Source of the DNA: an uncultured Verrucomicrobiae bacterium
Lineage (GTDB): Bacteria > Verrucomicrobiota > Verrucomicrobiia > Chthoniobacterales > JAFAMB01
Direction: 5' to 3'
Length of the DNA: 64,000 nt
NCBI GenBank assembly: GCA_963789065.1
Contig: CAWBKA010000020.1
Span: 4,192 to 68,191, forward strand
Under the pieces are notes generated by a model. It saw only the letters and a list, made by a program, of their open reading frames with translations. It was not told the DNA's origin and did no database searches. Below are positions 60,342 through 64,000 of the stretch, in pieces (within the stretch, counting starts at the first letter, position 1; each line of letters begins with the position of its first letter). The translations under genes and the position numbers were made by a program.

Positions 60342-62366
60342 ATGGCGCGCCTGTTCGATCTGAATCCACAACAACTTGAAGCGGTCAAGGCGACCCGTGG
60401 CCCGGTACTGATTCTGGCCGGTGCCGGGACCGGGAAGACGCGGGTGATCACCACTCGGATCGTTTACCTCCTGCACGAGGGAGCGGCGGTCGATAAAATA
60501 CTGGCCGTAACTTTTACCAATAAGGCGGCGAACGAGATGCGCGATCGGGTTCGTTCCATGGTGGAGAAGGGCAAAAGTTCTAAATTAACCATCTGCACAT
60601 TTCATGCCTTGTGTGTCAGGATTCTTCGCCAGGACATCGATAAGCTTGGGTACAAAACCAACTTTTCCATCTACGATGAGAGTGACCAATTGGGCCTGAT
60701 CCGAAAAACCATCACGCGCTTAGCTGCCGCCACCGAAAAGTTAGATCCGCATTTGGCGCGGAATTTTATCAGCAAAGCCAAGAATCAGGGTTGGAAAGTC
60801 CCGCTTTCCGAAGAGACCTTGGCAGCCGCAGTGTTCCATCGGTATCAGGAACAGCTGAAAACATTCAATGCGGTCGATTTCGACGACCTGCTAACCCTCA
60901 CCGTCCGCTTGCTGGACGAATTCGCTGACGTCCGGACGAAATGGGAAAGCCGCTTCGAGTTTGTCATGGTCGACGAATTTCAGGACACCAATCGCTTGCA
61001 GTTTCAGTTGGTCCGTCAGCTCGCCGGGACCCACCGCAACGTCTGTGTCGTTGGTGACGATGATCAAAGCATCTACGGATGGCGCGGAGCAGAAATCTCT
61101 AACATTCTCGAGTTTGAACATCATTTTCCGCATCCGAAAATTATTAAACTCGAACAAAACTACCGGAGCACCAATGCGATTCTCGGGGGAGCGAACAGCA
61201 TCATCCGGAGTAACCCGCGGAGAAGACCAAAATCCCTCTGGAGCGAGAAGGGCGACGGTCAGGCGATTCGTATCATCCAGGTACCAGACGATCGCGAGGA
61301 AGCCAATTTTGTGGTCGGCGAAATTCAGAAACTGCAGTCAGCTGAGCAGTGCCACTGGACAGCATTCGCCGTGATCTTTCGCATGAACGCCCAATCCCGG
61401 CTGATTGAGGAGCATCTTCGGCGATTGCAGATCCCGTACCGAGTGGTCGGTGGACGCAGTTTCTTTGACCGGCGTGAAGTGAAAGATCTGCTGGCCTATT
61501 TGACTTGCCTGGCCAATCCGCGGGATGACGTAAACCTGTTGCGGATTATTAATACTCCGGCCCGGGGGATTGGCACCTCGACAATCGAGTTGGCAATTCA
61601 GGAGAGCAACACCTCAAAGAAAAGCATCTTTGAAACCCTGGAGTCAGAGGCGTTCCAGGATCTGCTAACCCAACGTACGCGGGATTTCGTTTGCAAATTC
61701 ACGGAGCTGATGGACGAATACGAGACGAAGGTCTGTCAACCTTTGGCAGATTTGACCAAAATAGTCGAAGATTTGCTTTCTCGGATCGACTACTTCCAGG
61801 ATTTGCGGCGCGGTTGTAAGAGTCCCGAAGAAGGGCTCAATCGTGAGGAGAACGTACGAGAAGTGGTGCGGGCTCTGTCGAACTATCAAGCGCGGTCCAA
61901 CGATGGACTGCCTGGATTTTTGTCCGAAACAGCGCTCAATCAAGATCGCGCGGAAGAGTCTGAAACCGGCCCGGAGGGAGTAACGCTGATTACCTTTCAT
62001 GCCGCGAAAGGTTTGGAATTCCCCCACGTTTTTTTGCTGGGTCTGGAGGAAGGTCTTTTGCCACACAGCCGTTCCAAGCTCGAGGGAAATCTGGACGAGG
62101 AGCGAAGGCTCTTTTACGTCGGAATCACGCGCGCGATGCGCAGCCTGACGATCACTTACTCCACCAACCGAATGAAATACGGAAGTTCCTCACCTTGTCA
62201 GCCAAGCTCGTTTTTGAGGGACTTGGATCCGCGCTTCACCGAGATACTGAACTTCCACGACCTGGCAAATAAACCGGCCAGCGAAGGAACCGCCCGGTCG
62301 CATTTTGCCAGAATGCGAGACCTTGTGGGGAGAGGGCGTGCCGGGGCGGATGGCCATCAGCGCTAG
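60342..62366 (+). CDS. pcrA: UvrD/PcrA/Rep-family ATP-dependent DNA helicase
   Basis: ..LILAGAGTGKTRV..VTFTNKAANEM..VDEFQDTN..DDDQSIYGWRGA..YRS..TFHAAKGLEF..VGITRA.. Confidence 0.9.
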   Translation: MARLFDLNPQQLEAVKATRGPVLILAGAGTGKTRVITTRIVYLLHEGAAVDKILAVTFTNKAANEMRDRVRSMVEKGKSSKLTICTFHALCVRILRQDIDKLGYKTNFSIYDESDQLGLIRKTITRLAAATEKLDPHLARNFISKAKNQGWKVPLSEETLAAAVFHRYQEQLKTFNAVDFDDLLTLTVRLLDEFADVRTKWESRFEFVMVDEFQDTNRLQFQLVRQLAGTHRNVCVVGDDDQSIYGWRGAEISNILEFEHHFPHPKIIKLEQNYRSTNAILGGANSIIRSNPRRRPKSLWSEKGDGQAIRIIQVPDDREEANFVVGEIQKLQSAEQCHWTAFAVIFRMNAQSRLIEEHLRRLQIPYRVVGGRSFFDRREVKDLLAYLTCLANPRDDVNLLRIINTPARGIGTSTIELAIQESNTSKKSIFETLESEAFQDLLTQRTRDFVCKFTELMDEYETKVCQPLADLTKIVEDLLSRIDYFQDLRRGCKSPEEGLNREENVREVVRALSNYQARSNDGLPGFLSETALNQDRAEESETGPEGVTLITFHAAKGLEFPHVFLLGLEEGLLPHSRSKLEGNLDEERRLFYVGITRAMRSLTITYSTNRMKYGSSSPCQPSSFLRDLDPRFTEILNFHDLANKPASEGTARSHFARMRDLVGRGRAGADGHQR

Positions 62367-62615
62367 CTGTGAAGTGGGCAGCGTATGGAGAACGCGCTGC
62401 AGGCGCTGTTGAATGCGCGCTATGAACTCAGTCAAGCTTCGCACGACAAAGCGCTGCTTCTCGCCGAAACGGATTGGACACCTTCGATAACACCGCGACT
62501 AGCGACCGTTTCCTGGAAGATGCGCTGGCAGAAGAGAGCCATTCTGCCATATCTTTGGCGAATACCGTTACTCTGCTCCGACCGTTGATCAGGTTCAGAA
62601 GCACTAACTGAAGAT

Positions 62616-63587
62616 ATGAAGAAAATCTGGTTTGTTACGGGAAATTCTCGCGGGTTGGGCCGCAGGTGGTTGGTAGAGGCTCTGCTCTGTTTAGTGACCC
62701 TGGCCTTAAATTGCCCGTTCGTTCCTTCGGCTGGTGCTCAAACTTGCGGCGGAGAGGGTGTTGCAGTTCAAGTGCTCGGATCTGGAGGGCCTGAGTTACA
62801 GGACAAACGCGCTTCCAGCAGCTACCTGGTGTGGCAAAACGGAGAGGCGCGGGTGTTAGTAGATGCCGGCGGTGGCAGCGCTCTTCGATTCGGAGAGAGT
62901 GGCGCGAAAATGTCCCAGCTCGACGTGATCTTGTTCACGCACTTCCACATCGACCATAGTGCCGATTTTCCCTCCCTGATCTTCTCGTCCTGGTTTGAAG
63001 AGCGCGACCGCCCATTGCCCGTGTACGGACCAGCAGGCAACGGCGAGTTTCCGTCGACGGTAGATTTCGTGCGCGCTTTCTTCAATAGTCGGAACGGTAT
63101 TTATCGTTATCTGAGTGTGGTATTGGTCCCTCAAGAGGAGGGTGGCTACGAGTTGCAGCCTCACAACGTGGTCGGGGATCCATCCTCGGCGGCATTTCGT
63201 AGCGAACATCTTTCGGCGGATGCCGCTCGGGTCATCCACGGGTCTGTACCGGCCTTGGCGTGGCGTGTCGAGATTGGCGGCAAGTCCATCGTGTTTAGCG
63301 GAGACACCAATGGAGAGGGCGACTTGGTGCGCCTGGCAAAAGATGCGGATTTACTTATTGCTCACAACGCTGTTCCGGAAGGAGCTACCGGGGTTGAGCG
63401 GCGACTGCATATGCCTCCCTCGGTGATCGGACAGATCGCTGAGCAGGGGCACGTCAAGCAGTTGGTGTTGTCTCACCGGATGCTCCGGACCTTGGGCAAG
63501 GAAGAGCAGAGCCTGTTGGAAATCAGGAAGAGCTTTTCGGGCCCCGTGGCCTTCGCCAACGATCTCGATTGCTTCCCCGTACGCTAA
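62616..63587 (+). CDS. secreted MBL-fold metallo-hydrolase
   Basis: ..ILFTHFHIDHSADF.. (HxHxDH motif), with a signal or TM segment at the N-terminus. Confidence 0.75.
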   Translation: MKKIWFVTGNSRGLGRRWLVEALLCLVTLALNCPFVPSAGAQTCGGEGVAVQVLGSGGPELQDKRASSSYLVWQNGEARVLVDAGGGSALRFGESGAKMSQLDVILFTHFHIDHSADFPSLIFSSWFEERDRPLPVYGPAGNGEFPSTVDFVRAFFNSRNGIYRYLSVVLVPQEEGGYELQPHNVVGDPSSAAFRSEHLSADAARVIHGSVPALAWRVEIGGKSIVFSGDTNGEGDLVRLAKDADLLIAHNAVPEGATGVERRLHMPPSVIGQIAEQGHVKQLVLSHRMLRTLGKEEQSLLEIRKSFSGPVAFANDLDCFPVR

Positions 63588-63624
63588 AGTTGCCGCTGAT
63601 AATGGGGGAGTCTGATTTCGGATC

Positions 63625-63709
63625 TCACACGAAGGTACAAAGATCAGATAAGGTCGCCAAGGTTTTCAATTTTAAGGTCATATTTCCTTCGTGGCCTTGG
63701 CGTGAGTCA
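63625..63709. repeat. second, shorter copy of MITE-like family R2
   Basis: ctcacacgaaggtac..ataaggtcgccaaggttttcaattttaaggtcatatttccttcgtggccttggcgtgag. Compare aaggtcacgaaggttttgaattttaa ... ccttcgtggcgttggtgtgag at 49.76-49.89 kb. Confidence 0.65.
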
Positions 63710-63724
63710 TTCTCTGCCCACCTG

Positions 63725-64000
63725 TCACTCGATAACCTCGAAATGGCTCATTAGCCTGAATACCTCATATCGCTCTTCAATTTGTTCTTTGGAAAGCGTT
63801 TTGATCCGGTCGAGGCTGAATGATTCCACCGAAAAGCTGGCCATTAAGCTGCCATAGACCACGGCCTTCTTCAGGTCGGCAAAGGCAAAAGCCCCCTTAT
63901 TCAGGCTCGCTAGATAGCCGGCAAAACCGCCCGCAAAAGTGTCCCCAGCCCCGGTCGGATCATGAATGTCTTCCAGAGGAAACGCACCGCAGCTGAAGAA
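63725..64000 (-). CDS. PfkB-family carbohydrate kinase, C-terminal part (5' end outside the window)
   Basis: My own minus-strand translation gives ..DPTGAGDTFAGGFAGYLAS..VVYGSLMASFSVESF.., ending at a TGA (63725-63727). Confidence 0.75.
   Translation of the reverse strand, partial: FFSCGAFPLEDIHDPTGAGDTFAGGFAGYLASLNKGAFAFADLKKAVVYGSLMASFSVESFSLDRIKTLSKEQIEERYEVFRLMSHFEVIE

Noticed and set aside
62385-62612. Small CDS (MENALQALLNARYELSQASHDKALLLAET.., possibly continuing after a shift as ..LDTFDNTATSDRFLEDALAEES..).
   Set aside because: It has no recognisable family and needs an assumed frameshift to reach about 78 aa. It could simply be the spacer between pcrA and the MBL gene.

Overview
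This is a 64 kb chromosomal window from a moderately GC-rich bacterium. Gene content and repeat style suggest a PVC/Verrucomicrobia-like soil organism, but that is inference only. Most of it is housekeeping: nagB/LacI, rho, yebC, typA, oxoprolinase, rdgB, leuS, hisJ-like, folP, priA, lolE-like, lysS, ilvB, sod, pcrA/uvrD and a glcDEF operon. Three things stand out.

1. A small island-like insert lies between a response-regulator gene and an M24 peptidase gene (about 15.1-17.9 kb). It holds a receptor-like TIR-TM-SH3b protein and an unannotated C-terminal stub of a tyrosine recombinase directly upstream of it. It also holds a 939-bp segment bracketed by 66-67 bp inverted repeats, each carrying the same leader and start codon. 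This is a candidate invertible gene-swap cassette.

2. Many reading frames are disrupted, and the disruptions are unevenly distributed. Affected genes are glcDEF, a roughly 2000-codon kinase/GAF/HK gene, leuS, an MFS transporter, an M24 peptidase and two cell-wall hydrolases. There are also compensated +1/-1 indel pairs, including one in lysS. Assembly error and genuine decay cannot be separated from the sequence alone.

3. Several interspersed repeat families and one dense motif array occupy intergenic DNA.

No rRNA, tRNA or CRISPR array was recognised.
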